A stretch of 64,000 bases of DNA, taken from the NCBI GenBank assembly GCA_046329495.1, contig JAXLUO010000007.1:61749-125748 (forward strand), read 5' to 3'. This document shows positions 38,015-46,596 of the stretch, in pieces. The DNA comes from Chitinophagales bacterium. Lineage in GTDB: Bacteria; Bacteroidota; Bacteroidia; Chitinophagales; LD1. How positions within the stretch are numbered: the stretch's first letter is position 1; each line of letters begins with the position of its first letter. A program made the translations under genes and the position numbers. A model generated the notes under the pieces. The model was not told where the DNA came from and ran no database searches. It saw only the letters and a list, made by a program, of their open reading frames with translations.

Positions 38015-38350
38015 ATGTCCCAATTTATCCTGTTTATCCGCGAGGATTTAACCCGCTACCCCATTCCCAAAGAGGAACTCAACAAACTCATAGAAGCCCA
38101 CCGCAACTGGGCAAAAGAACTGGCCGCCAAAGGCATTTTCAAAGGCGGCAACGGTATTGATAGCGATGGCCGCCTGATTGAAATGATCAACGGCGAACTC
38201 ATCGTGCAGCCCCTCCGCAACCCCGAGGAAGGCATCGGCGGCTACTATATTATCGAAGCCGACCACCTGCAGCATGCCGTGGAAATTGCTAAGGAGTGCC
38301 CTTCGTATAAGGATGGCGACCTGGTAGAAGTGCGGCCCCTGGGCGTGTAA
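38015..38350 (+). CDS. YciI-family (YCII/DGPF domain) protein
   Basis: 111 aa: MSQFILFIRED...GGYYIIEADHLQHAVEIAKECP...VEVRPL. The track start at 37964 lies inside the repeat array. Confidence 0.75.
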   Translation: MSQFILFIREDLTRYPIPKEELNKLIEAHRNWAKELAAKGIFKGGNGIDSDGRLIEMINGELIVQPLRNPEEGIGGYYIIEADHLQHAVEIAKECPSYKDGDLVEVRPLGV

Positions 38351-38389
38351 CCATAGCCACTAATTGCGGCTATTCCTTTACTTTGCCCC

Positions 38390-39793
38390 GTGCTCAATAC
38401 TGATACCATCGTGGCGCTGGCTACCCCGCAGGGGGTAGGGGCTATTGGCGTAATCCGTTTATCGGGGCCGCAGGCTATTGCCATTACCAACAGTGTGTTT
38501 AAAGGCAAAAACCTGCTGCAGCAACCTTCGCATACCATCCATTACGGACATATCACCGAAGGCGATAAAACCCTCGACGAGGTAATGGTAAGTCTCTTCC
38601 GCGCGCCCAAAAGCTTTACTACCGAAGATGTGGTAGAGATCAGTTGCCACGGCTCGCCCTACATTGCCGAACAAATCATTCGTCTGTTGATAGACAAAGG
38701 TGCCCGCGCCGCCAAACCCGGCGAGTTTACCCTGCGTGCCTTTATGCACGGCCGTATCGACTTATCGCAAGCCGAAGCAGTGGCCGATTTAATTGCCTCC
38801 AATTCCTCTGCCTCGGCGCAATTGGCGCTTACCCAAATGCGCGGCGGCTTCTCTACGCAGATAAAGGACCTCCGCCAAAGGCTGGTAAACTTTACCTCGC
38901 TCATTGAACTGGAACTGGACTTTGCCGAAGAAGATGTAGAGTTCGCCAACCGCCAGCAACTGCTGGACCTCATTGCCGAAATACAGCACCTGCTTGCTCC
39001 CCTGGCCGAATCGTTTAAACTGGGCAACGTGATAAAGAACGGCGTTAACACCGTTATCATCGGCAAGCCCAACAGCGGCAAAAGCACCTTGCTGAACACC
39101 CTGCTGAACGAAGAACGCGCCATTGTAAGCGATATACCCGGCACCACGCGCGATACTATTGAAGAAGTGATAAACGTGCACGGCGTATTGTTCCGCTTTA
39201 TTGATACCGCGGGCATACGCAGCACTACCGATGTAATTGAACAGGCAGGGGTGGAGAAGGCCCTGGAAAAGCTAAAGCAATCCTCGGTGTACATCTATCT
39301 GTTCGATGTAAACACCACCACGCCCGAAGAACTACTGCACGATGTAAAGGAACTGCAGCTCACCAACTTTAAAGGCATTTTGGTAGGCAACAAAATTGAT
39401 AGCGCCCATTGGCAGGATACCGCCCCTTTTTACTGGATACTGAAAAACAACCCCGCTACCAACGCCATTAACCTGCACGAGCATTTGCTGTTTGTATCTG
39501 CCGCGCAGAAGAAAGGCATTGATGTAATGAAAGAAAAACTCTACCGCCTGAACGTACACCAAAGCGTGCTGACGGAAAACACCATCATCAGCAACCTGCG
39601 CCACTACGAAGCACTTATAAAAGCCGACGAAACCCTTAGCGATGTAAAAGCCATTGTGCAGGCCGGTACCACAGGCGAACTCATCAGCCTGGAGCTAAAA
39701 CGCGCCCTCCAATACCTCGGCGAAATCTCCGGCGAAGTAACCAACGACGAGATACTGGGAAATATCTTTAGTAAGTTTTGTATAGGGAAGTAG
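38390..39793 (+). CDS. mnmE: tRNA modification GTPase MnmE
   Basis: TIVALATPQGVGAIGVIRLSG, G1 GKPNSGKSTLLN, G3 DTAGIR, and the C-terminal CIGK. Confidence 0.95.
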   Translation: MLNTDTIVALATPQGVGAIGVIRLSGPQAIAITNSVFKGKNLLQQPSHTIHYGHITEGDKTLDEVMVSLFRAPKSFTTEDVVEISCHGSPYIAEQIIRLLIDKGARAAKPGEFTLRAFMHGRIDLSQAEAVADLIASNSSASAQLALTQMRGGFSTQIKDLRQRLVNFTSLIELELDFAEEDVEFANRQQLLDLIAEIQHLLAPLAESFKLGNVIKNGVNTVIIGKPNSGKSTLLNTLLNEERAIVSDIPGTTRDTIEEVINVHGVLFRFIDTAGIRSTTDVIEQAGVEKALEKLKQSSVYIYLFDVNTTTPEELLHDVKELQLTNFKGILVGNKIDSAHWQDTAPFYWILKNNPATNAINLHEHLLFVSAAQKKGIDVMKEKLYRLNVHQSVLTENTIISNLRHYEALIKADETLSDVKAIVQAGTTGELISLELKRALQYLGEISGEVTNDEILGNIFSKFCIGK

Positions 39794-39856
39794 GTTGTTA
39801 ACGGCTTCACAAAAGTGTGAATTTTGTATTAAAAACGGCAGGTGGGAAGCAGGTTA

Positions 39857-39875
39857 TTTTACGTTTTTCGTAAAA
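39857..39875. promoter_or_regulatory. Candidate operator: inverted repeat TTTTACG-ttttt-CGTAAAA, flanked by a direct repeat TTATTTTAC
   Basis: It sits about 40-55 nt upstream of the ATG at 39914 in a very AT-rich spacer. Confidence 0.3.
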
Positions 39876-39913
39876 TTATTTTACAAAAACAATAAAATGT
39901 ATTAAATTTACTC

Positions 39914-40381
39914 ATGCTCATCGTCCATAGAGTTTCAGGGGAAAAGCACGTGGTAGTTATTGAGCCCGTAACGACCGCGGACTATAAGACAATCAAAAGG
40001 GATAAGCGATTTCCGAATTTTGATTGGGGCAAGGAAAAAAAGAATGAAGTGTATAAACTACGCAGGAAAGATTCAGAGGAGATTTTGGGATTGATGTCGA
40101 TAACAGATTTTAAAAACGAACGCTGGATAAAAATTAACCTTTTAGAAACTTCCAACGAGAACGTGGGTAGCAGTAAACAATATGACAATATTGCAGGTTG
40201 TCTTATAGCTTACACCTGTCGAATGGCTTTTTTAAAAGGATATGACGGCGTGGTTGCTCTACACCCCAAAACTGAGTTGGTGCGACATTATATAGACTAT
40301 TACGGATTCATAAAAGCTGGAACACATTTATATACGGAGCTTAAAAATTCGGAAGCATTAATTAAAAAGTATTTATCATGA
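39914..40381 (+). CDS. Hypothetical protein, possibly GNAT-fold acyltransferase-like
   Basis: 155 aa. The segment ILGLMSI...IKINLLETS...YDNIAGCLIAYTCRMAFLKGYDGVVALHPKTELVRHYIDYYGF resembles the beta4-alpha3 to alpha4 region of GNATs. Its stop overlaps the next gene's start (ATGA). Confidence 0.45.
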   Translation: MLIVHRVSGEKHVVVIEPVTTADYKTIKRDKRFPNFDWGKEKKNEVYKLRRKDSEEILGLMSITDFKNERWIKINLLETSNENVGSSKQYDNIAGCLIAYTCRMAFLKGYDGVVALHPKTELVRHYIDYYGFIKAGTHLYTELKNSEALIKKYLS

Positions 40382-40887
40382 AAAAGAAAATTAAGGATCC
40401 GGCCCGCGAAATTGCGGAGGCGCATATTATACCAGCCACGATAAATGCCAAAGAGAAAGGCAAGGCCGATAAGGCTTTTTCAAACTTTCTCCGAACCCGC
40501 AGAACTTCTATGTCGGCAGCCGATAAATTATACTCTCAACTGTTGCAGATTAAATACCAAATGGAAGACTATGTTAACAGCGGAGAGTATAATGAGGCCA
40601 ATACATTCGGGTATTACCTGAATGAATACATACATGCTTTACACATGGGCAAAACTGACTTTTCGAAGGAAATTAGTTTGGACAATACAAAGTTAAGCCG
40701 GTTGTTGCATGGCCGTGACGAGCCCAACGAAACGGTGTATGTGCGTTTAGAGATTCATTCTAAAAAAATTATTCCCGCAGTAACATGGTGCCGTGTGCAT
40801 CAAAAATTCCGCGTATTAAATCTGCTTCGTGATAAGCAGTTGCACAGCGAAGAGAAGAAGCACGTAAAGGCTACTGTCAATGTTTAA
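40378..40887 (+). CDS. XRE/HigA-like helix-turn-helix protein
   Basis: Central HTH-like segment FGYYLNEYIHALHMGKTDFSKEISLDNTKLSRLLHGRDEPN. Translationally coupled to the upstream gene. Confidence 0.5.
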   Translation: MKKKIKDPAREIAEAHIIPATINAKEKGKADKAFSNFLRTRRTSMSAADKLYSQLLQIKYQMEDYVNSGEYNEANTFGYYLNEYIHALHMGKTDFSKEISLDNTKLSRLLHGRDEPNETVYVRLEIHSKKIIPAVTWCRVHQKFRVLNLLRDKQLHSEEKKHVKATVNV

Positions 40888-41260
40888 ATTTATCCTAAAA
40901 ATACCCTCTTGGCGAAGCGTCCCCCCTTCGCCTTAATTATGCCTATAGCTTTCAACTACATACCACCCATAACTTACAGCCTCCATAGGCAATAATCTTC
41001 CCCGGCTGTTTAATCCTACAATCCATTAATCCTAAAAATCCTAGTTCAGACAAAAGGCACCACCAACAACCAACAAACCCCAACCCCCAAACAATTTTTT
41101 ATTTAATCCGTTTTCATCCGTGTCATCCATAGCAATTTTAGCCTTGTTAAGCCAATGTCATTTTTCTGTCATATTATATCCTAAGCATCTGTATATTCAA
41201 TCCCTTCCCTAAGTTTAAGCTGCAATAGCGCTGAACCCGCTATTGCCCTAAACCCGGCTT

Positions 41261-42247
41261 ATGAAAACACCTCTACTAAAAGTAGCGGCGCTGGTACTGC
41301 TATGCGCTGTAGTTTACCTCAACTCCTGTAAAGAGGAACCCACCATGAACCCGCTGGATGAACTCCCCGACGAACAATTGCTGAACGTCCCCACCTACGA
41401 TGGCTCCGGACAATGTGTGCATCCCGACATACTGTTTATGGAACCGCGCTCAAACGGTTACCGCTATGTAATGGCCTTTACGCCCTATCCGTATTTCGAT
41501 GATAAGCTGGAGAACCCCTCGTTGGTGCATAGTAACAACGGGGTAGACTTCACCGAAGTTATGAGCGGCATGAACCCCCTCGCCAAAGCACCGCAATACG
41601 ACCACAACGATGACCCCGACCTGCGCTATGATCCTGTAACCGGTAAGTATTACCTCTATTACCTGGAAACCATGCGCCCCGATTCGCAGAACGTAATTGT
41701 GTTGGAAAGCACCGATGGGCTAACCTTTACCAAACATACGGCCGTGCATTTCGACCTAACGGCCGGCGATCCCTTCATACTCTCCCCGGCCGTTATCCGC
41801 CAGCCCGATGGACATGGCTACCGCATGTATTTTGTATATCCCGTTAATCCGTACCGGGTGCAATATATCTACAGCGCCGATGGCGAGCATTGGGATAAGC
41901 ACGCTATTAAGGACATTGAAACCGATTTACAATCGCCCTATCATCCCTGGCACATGGATGTAATTCATTCACCCAAGGGTTATGCTATGCTTTGCAATTG
42001 TATAGGTTCGCCCATTCAACCCTTCAATCAGGTACTAATGCTGGGCACCAGTACCGACGGCGACCACTGGCATTTTCAGGAACAACCTTTAATGGTCAGC
42101 GACCCGCACTTCCACGGTTGCCGCTACGTGTACCGCAGCACGGGGCTCTGGTTCCAAAACAAACTCGCCGTCTGGTATTCCATGGTCGACACCAACAGCC
42201 GTTGGATGATCGGCATCAAAAAATTCGACACCGATACTATTCTCTAA
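41261..42247 (+). CDS. Lipoprotein, putative beta-propeller glycoside-hydrolase-like protein
   Basis: Lipobox (VYLNSC). The pattern HPDILF...YVMAFTPYPYFDDKLENPSLVHSNNGVDF and repeated blade-like segments recall GH43/GH130-like propellers. The family assignment is uncertain. Confidence 0.6.
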   Translation: MKTPLLKVAALVLLCAVVYLNSCKEEPTMNPLDELPDEQLLNVPTYDGSGQCVHPDILFMEPRSNGYRYVMAFTPYPYFDDKLENPSLVHSNNGVDFTEVMSGMNPLAKAPQYDHNDDPDLRYDPVTGKYYLYYLETMRPDSQNVIVLESTDGLTFTKHTAVHFDLTAGDPFILSPAVIRQPDGHGYRMYFVYPVNPYRVQYIYSADGEHWDKHAIKDIETDLQSPYHPWHMDVIHSPKGYAMLCNCIGSPIQPFNQVLMLGTSTDGDHWHFQEQPLMVSDPHFHGCRYVYRSTGLWFQNKLAVWYSMVDTNSRWMIGIKKFDTDTIL

Positions 42248-42258
42248 CGCAGGGTATA

Positions 42259-42505
42259 ATAAAACAGACTGTCATAGCGAGGGATATTCAATAACAAACA
42301 ATTAGCGAAATCATCCCGTGGCTATCTTCTGCTTTGTGCCCCACAACACATCCCCTACCAGGCCGACGTAATGCTGCCCCGAGACATCGGGATTGTTTCA
42401 GCATCTGTCTGTTGGTACACACTTGCCCACAACTGCAACATCAAACAACAAACCCCAAACAACAAACAATTTTCAATCCGTGTTCATCCGTGTAATCCGT
42501 GGCAA
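42259..42505 (+). repeat. Mosaic intergenic repeat R3, copy 1
   Basis: ATAAAACAGACTGTCATAGCGAGGGATATTCAATAACA...CTTGCCCACAACTGCAAC...AACCCCAAAC... is shared with 43230-43428. It ends with the AATCCGTGTTCATCCGTGTAATCCGTGGCAA module. Confidence 0.9.
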
Positions 42506-42527
42506 TTGATTTAATTTGCCCTTACCC

Positions 42528-43208
42528 ATGAAATCCATCTTCCATACAACACTGCCCTTCCTGTTGCTGCTGCCGGCCATGCTCTGCGCCCAGCACAAAA
42601 CCGATAGCCTCTTCAGCACGCCTAAATGGAACAAGAAGGTACTTGTATTCCCCATCATACCTACCCCGGCCCTGGTTACCTTCTCTCAATCGTTTTACAT
42701 GCAAACCATTACCACGGGTTGCGAGCTGATTATCAAAGGTCGCCACTCCGTACGCATACCTGTAGGCTATTTTATACCCAACATAGTTGCAGTAGGTGCT
42801 ATGATTGTTAAAGGGATTGATGTGCCCAGCGTCAACCACGGGCCCCACCTGGGTGTGCGGTATGCCTACTTCCCGCTCAGCAAACCTTACAAAGGTCCGC
42901 GCGGCTTTTACCTGGGCCCCTATGTAGAAGCATCGTATGTAATGACAAACAAAATGCGCGACGCGTTTGTATACTATAACCTGCCATATAAACTAACCCA
43001 AGTGCTGGTCAGCGCAGGTTTAGAACTCGGCTACCATATACCTGTAGATGCCGTCTTAATAGATCTTAACCTCAGCGGCGGCTACAAATACGCCCGCGCC
43101 TACCGGCTCCGCGAACACCACTTCGAATCCACCGCCCCTGTCTTCCAGCAGGATATGTTCTACAAATGGCCATTTACACTGGCCGCAGGCTTAGGCGTTT
43201 TATTTTGA
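42528..43208 (+). CDS. Putative outer-membrane beta-barrel protein
   Basis: Signal peptide (LLLLPAMLCAQ), alternating amphipathic strands, and a C-terminal ...GLGVLF ending in an aromatic residue. The start is taken at MKSIFHTT. Confidence 0.6.
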   Translation: MKSIFHTTLPFLLLLPAMLCAQHKTDSLFSTPKWNKKVLVFPIIPTPALVTFSQSFYMQTITTGCELIIKGRHSVRIPVGYFIPNIVAVGAMIVKGIDVPSVNHGPHLGVRYAYFPLSKPYKGPRGFYLGPYVEASYVMTNKMRDAFVYYNLPYKLTQVLVSAGLELGYHIPVDAVLIDLNLSGGYKYARAYRLREHHFESTAPVFQQDMFYKWPFTLAAGLGVLF

Positions 43209-43229
43209 GTAGTTCCAGAACGAAATCCA

Positions 43230-43466
43230 TAAAACCGATTGTCATAGCGAGGGATATTCAATAACAATCAATTAGCGAAATCATCCCGTGGCTATCTTCC
43301 GCTTTGTGCCCCCACAACACACCCCTACCAGGTCGACGTCATGCTGAACTTGTTTCAGCATCTGTCTGTTGGTACACACTTGCCCACAACTGCAACGACA
43401 AACAACCAACCCCAAACCACAAACGATTTTTGTATTCAACTTTTTATCCTTCGTGTCTTCGTGGCA
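43230..43466 (+). repeat. Mosaic intergenic repeat R3, copy 2
   Basis: About 200 bp colinear with copy 1, with a 17-nt indel inside the ATGCTG...CAGCAT hairpin. It ends with a different terminal module (TTGTATTCAACTTTTTATCCTTCGTGTCTTCGTGGCA). Confidence 0.9.
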
Positions 43467-43590
43467 TAAATATTAATCGCAACCGCGTTCTTCACTTCTC
43501 AGCGAGAGATAAATTATGGTTACATGGGTTTCCCCAACAAAATATTCTTTAACGTATTTTCGTTTGCATACCACACATTAAATAATCTAC

Positions 43591-44724
43591 TTGAAACATC
43601 TTGCACTTATTCCCCTGGCATTATTGGCATCGGTTTTAGCCGGCGCCCAAAATACACCGGCATTTTTAGCCCGTATTGATAGCGTAATAAACGCCTCTAT
43701 GGCGGCCAATAAAATGCCGGCAATTTCATTGGGTATTGTAAAGGACGGCCATATTTTTTACCTGAAAGGTTACGGTACAAAGGCTGTAGGGGAAGATAGC
43801 CCGGTGGATAGTGCCACCAATTTTTTAACCTGTTCTGTTTCAAAATTGTTTACTGCCACGGCTGTTATGCAGTTAGTGGAGCAGGGTAAAATCGACATCC
43901 ACAAAAGGCTAACGGACTACTTACCTGACTTTTATATGAAGGACGAGCGCTATAAGGAAATTACCATTGAGCAGATGCTGACGCATACCTCGGGCCTGCC
44001 CAATATATACAATAGGCACTTTATTAAGCCTGGTGCTGATAGCCTCGAACTGACCCTCTTTGCCCGGAAGCTAAAAAGCAAAAGGTTGAGCTACCCGCCC
44101 GGGGTGCAATTAAGCGCACATACCTATTCTAACACAGCCTATAATATACTGGGCCTGGTAATTGAGCGCGTAACCGGGCAATCCTATAGCGACTATGTGG
44201 AACAGCATGTGCTTAAGCCTGTGGGTATGAACTATAGTAGCTTTCGTTACAGGCAAATACCCGAAAGTCGCCGTAGCAGGCCCCATATCAAAGGTGCACT
44301 TGGTAAGCCTGTGGTGTCAAACTATTACCCCGATATACCGCAGGATAAACCCTGTGGTAATTTAAATTCGTGTTCGTACGATTTGAGTTTATGGATGCTG
44401 CATAACCTGGGCATATATAACAACACCGACACCGGCGGCGTTATAAAGAACACCACACTTACAACCATGTGGACCACACAAAAGCCTATTCCTACATTCA
44501 GTACCTCTATGGGTTTGGGTTGGTGGGTGGTAGACTCAAAGAAATACGGTAAGTATGTTTTTCACGATGGCAACGACCCCGGTTATTCGGCAGCACTGGT
44601 AGTCTCTCCGGGTAACAACTTTGGTATAGTGGTGTTGTGTAATGCCATGTACCCACAGGAAATAGTTTGGAATGAACTACCCTTTAGAGTAATAGACCTG
44701 TTTGAAAAAGAATGGAAGAAGTAA
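43591..44724 (+). CDS. Serine hydrolase, beta-lactamase/transpeptidase-like (class C/esterase family)
   Basis: Signal peptide, SxxK motif CSVSKLFTATAV, YSN motif (HTYSNTAYNILG), and a C-terminal HDGNDPG. TTG start. Confidence 0.85.
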   Translation: MKHLALIPLALLASVLAGAQNTPAFLARIDSVINASMAANKMPAISLGIVKDGHIFYLKGYGTKAVGEDSPVDSATNFLTCSVSKLFTATAVMQLVEQGKIDIHKRLTDYLPDFYMKDERYKEITIEQMLTHTSGLPNIYNRHFIKPGADSLELTLFARKLKSKRLSYPPGVQLSAHTYSNTAYNILGLVIERVTGQSYSDYVEQHVLKPVGMNYSSFRYRQIPESRRSRPHIKGALGKPVVSNYYPDIPQDKPCGNLNSCSYDLSLWMLHNLGIYNNTDTGGVIKNTTLTTMWTTQKPIPTFSTSMGLGWWVVDSKKYGKYVFHDGNDPGYSAALVVSPGNNFGIVVLCNAMYPQEIVWNELPFRVIDLFEKEWKK

Positions 44725-44764
44725 TACACTACAGGTAAGGTTTGTTTTAGCTATTTTTATTTTA

Positions 44765-45061
44765 ATGCCTGCCCCCAAAACCTTACGCACTTGCCCCAAA
44801 GGCCACCGCTACGTTAAGAGCAGTAGCTGTCCTACTTGCCCTGTTTGCGAGGCTGCAGAAAAGCCGGTCGATGGTTTTATGACATTACTTGCCGCACCAG
44901 CACGCCGGGCGCTGCAAGCTGCGGGAATAACCACGCTTAAACAGTTGGCTTTTTATACGGAAGAGGAGATTTTGCAACTGCATGGTATGGGCAAAACCTC
45001 AATACCCAAATTAAAACAAGCGTTGAAGGTGGAAGGATTGAGATTTAAGAAGTATTCTTAA
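44765..45061 (+). CDS. Small zinc-ribbon plus helix-hairpin-helix protein (RpoA C-terminal-domain-like)
   Basis: CPKGH...CPTCPVC zinc ribbon followed by an HhH-like segment (ARRALQAAGITTLKQLAFYTEEEILQLHGMGKTSIPKL). The start is taken at MPAPK. Confidence 0.55.
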   Translation: MPAPKTLRTCPKGHRYVKSSSCPTCPVCEAAEKPVDGFMTLLAAPARRALQAAGITTLKQLAFYTEEEILQLHGMGKTSIPKLKQALKVEGLRFKKYS

Positions 45062-45223
45062 AAGCAAGCTCTTTGTATTAATCTTTTCCCTCGCCCGGCA
45101 CTCTTATCTGTAGCACTAACTTAGCAAGTATCCCGGCGCAGTGAGGCGCTAACTTCTCCTACGCACCCACCTTAATTCCCTTTTAACCTTGCATCCGTTC
45201 CATTGAATTATCAATTCAAGCCA

Positions 45224-45637
45224 TCAATACGAAGCGGTGCTTAGAAAGGAAGGTTTATCGAACAGCACCACACGCCAACCATCAGGGTCTTCGATAGTAA
45301 TGCCATTGGTTAACCAGTAAGGATTCTCCGGTTCTACAATCAAATAGCCCATGGCTGTTAATCGGGCTACATAGGTATCGCGCGCCTCGGTGCCGTCGTA
45401 ATACAGCACCAGCAAATTATCTTTAGTGGGTGCAGGGCATGCACTGCCCGAAACATGCTCCGTAAATTCCAGATGAATATGCGCATCCGGTATGCCCAGC
45501 ATAACTCCGTTATAACCTGCATGCTCCTTAAAGGAGCCAATGATTGGAAAATCAAGCCCGTGGTGATAGAACCGGACCAGTTGTTCAAATTTATCGGTTG
45601 GTCGCGCAATGCGCACCTGTGCAATGGGTAGTTTCAT
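45224..45637 (-). CDS. VOC (glyoxalase/bleomycin-resistance) family protein
   Basis: 137 aa: MKLPIAQVRIARPTDKFEQLVRFYHHGLDFP...HLEFTEH...GITIEDPDGWRVVL. The track's longer start has no support. Confidence 0.7.
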   Translation of the reverse strand: MKLPIAQVRIARPTDKFEQLVRFYHHGLDFPIIGSFKEHAGYNGVMLGIPDAHIHLEFTEHVSGSACPAPTKDNLLVLYYDGTEARDTYVARLTAMGYLIVEPENPYWLTNGITIEDPDGWRVVLFDKPSFLSTASY

Positions 45638-45871
45638 GTATCGCTGATTAAGTAAGGCAAATATGCAGCTTCCTACAGCGCTGCGCATTAACAAAGGATA
45701 ATATTTCTTCTGCCCGGAAATCAACGCCCCGTCAGTGTCCCCACTGACGGAGATGAGGTAACTAAGGTCCAACACACCCTATCGTACCATAAAACCTTTC
45801 CGACCTTCGTAGAAGCATCCTACACCCCTCTTTGCGCCAGCAGAGAGGTGATGGGGTTGAGTCCAGACAAA

Positions 45872-46000
45872 CCTGCCCACAACTGCAACGACAAACAACT
45901 AACCCCAAACAACAAACGATTTTTGTATTCAATCCGTGTTCATCCGTGTAATCTGTGGCAACCTTTGTATTCAACTTTTATCCTTCGTGCCTTCGTGGCA
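45872..46000 (+). repeat. Partial mosaic repeat (R3 3' part plus both terminal modules)
   Basis: CCTGCCCACAACTGCAACGACAAACAACTAACCCCAAAC...GATTTTTGTATTCAATCCGTGTTCATCCGTGTAATCTGTGGCAA...TTGTATTCAACTTTTATCCTTCGTGCCTTCGTGGCA. Confidence 0.85.
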
Positions 46001-46217
46001 AAAACTATTTTGTTAAAAAAGGGAATTATAATGGTAAATAGTTTCAAAATACATTACCTTAGCAGTACAATAAAGAATGCCCCGGCTAAAGGCCTACCTA
46101 TGCCTTTAGCCGCTCACCACTAAAACACTAAAAGATGAACACCATTTTAAGCGCCAACCCTGCCGCCACCCTGCGTAACCACGCCCAACCCGACACACAT
46201 TATAATTTTGGCAATTT

Positions 46218-46407
46218 GTGCACTTGCAAATCAACTGCACAAATGTGCACAAATGCAATAATCGCTAATTCGTTAAAAGGCCTGTTTTCATCGCATTTAA
46301 CACAAAAATTCATCACATGAAAATTTCTGTAACTTGTGCACAAGCTGAAAAGTGCACAAGCATGCACAAGCAGTGTGGATAACCTTCCGGCAATGCCAAT
46401 GCACTTG
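46218..46407. repeat. Cluster of seven (G)TGCAC(A/T)(A/T)G motifs, including a perfect 12-bp palindrome CTTGTGCACAAG
   Basis: Motifs lie at about 46218, 46236, 46245, 46333-46344 (the palindrome), 46352, 46363 and 46400, inside a region of about 960 bp with no convincing gene. Confidence 0.8.
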
Positions 46408-46596
46408 GCTGCGCTCCCCCTTTTAGGGTTGGGGCTTTGTCTGTTTTCTGATCTCTGATTTCTGCTCTCTAAATAGAAAAAGTGTAAAGGAGTGTAAAGT
46501 TAGCATCGGCCTTCGGCCAATTTTAAACTCGAAACTTTAAATTTTAAACTAAACTCAACTGTAAACAGAAAACCGTAAACAGAAAACTTAAAGAAG

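Noticed and set aside
37254-38160. Track ORFs inside the tandem array (37254..37469, 37503..37694, 37519..38160 at 213 aa, 37767..37994)
   Set aside because: They are translations of the repeat units. The same peptide words (IITIRVHQRSIFPCPC..., LPLGSQW...) recur with the repeat period, and no domain or start context is present. The real downstream gene starts at 38015.
46374-46382. oriC, suggested by a perfect DnaA box TGTGGATAA
   Set aside because: There is only one consensus box, no cluster of boxes, no adjacent AT-rich unwinding element pattern, and no dnaA or dnaN nearby.
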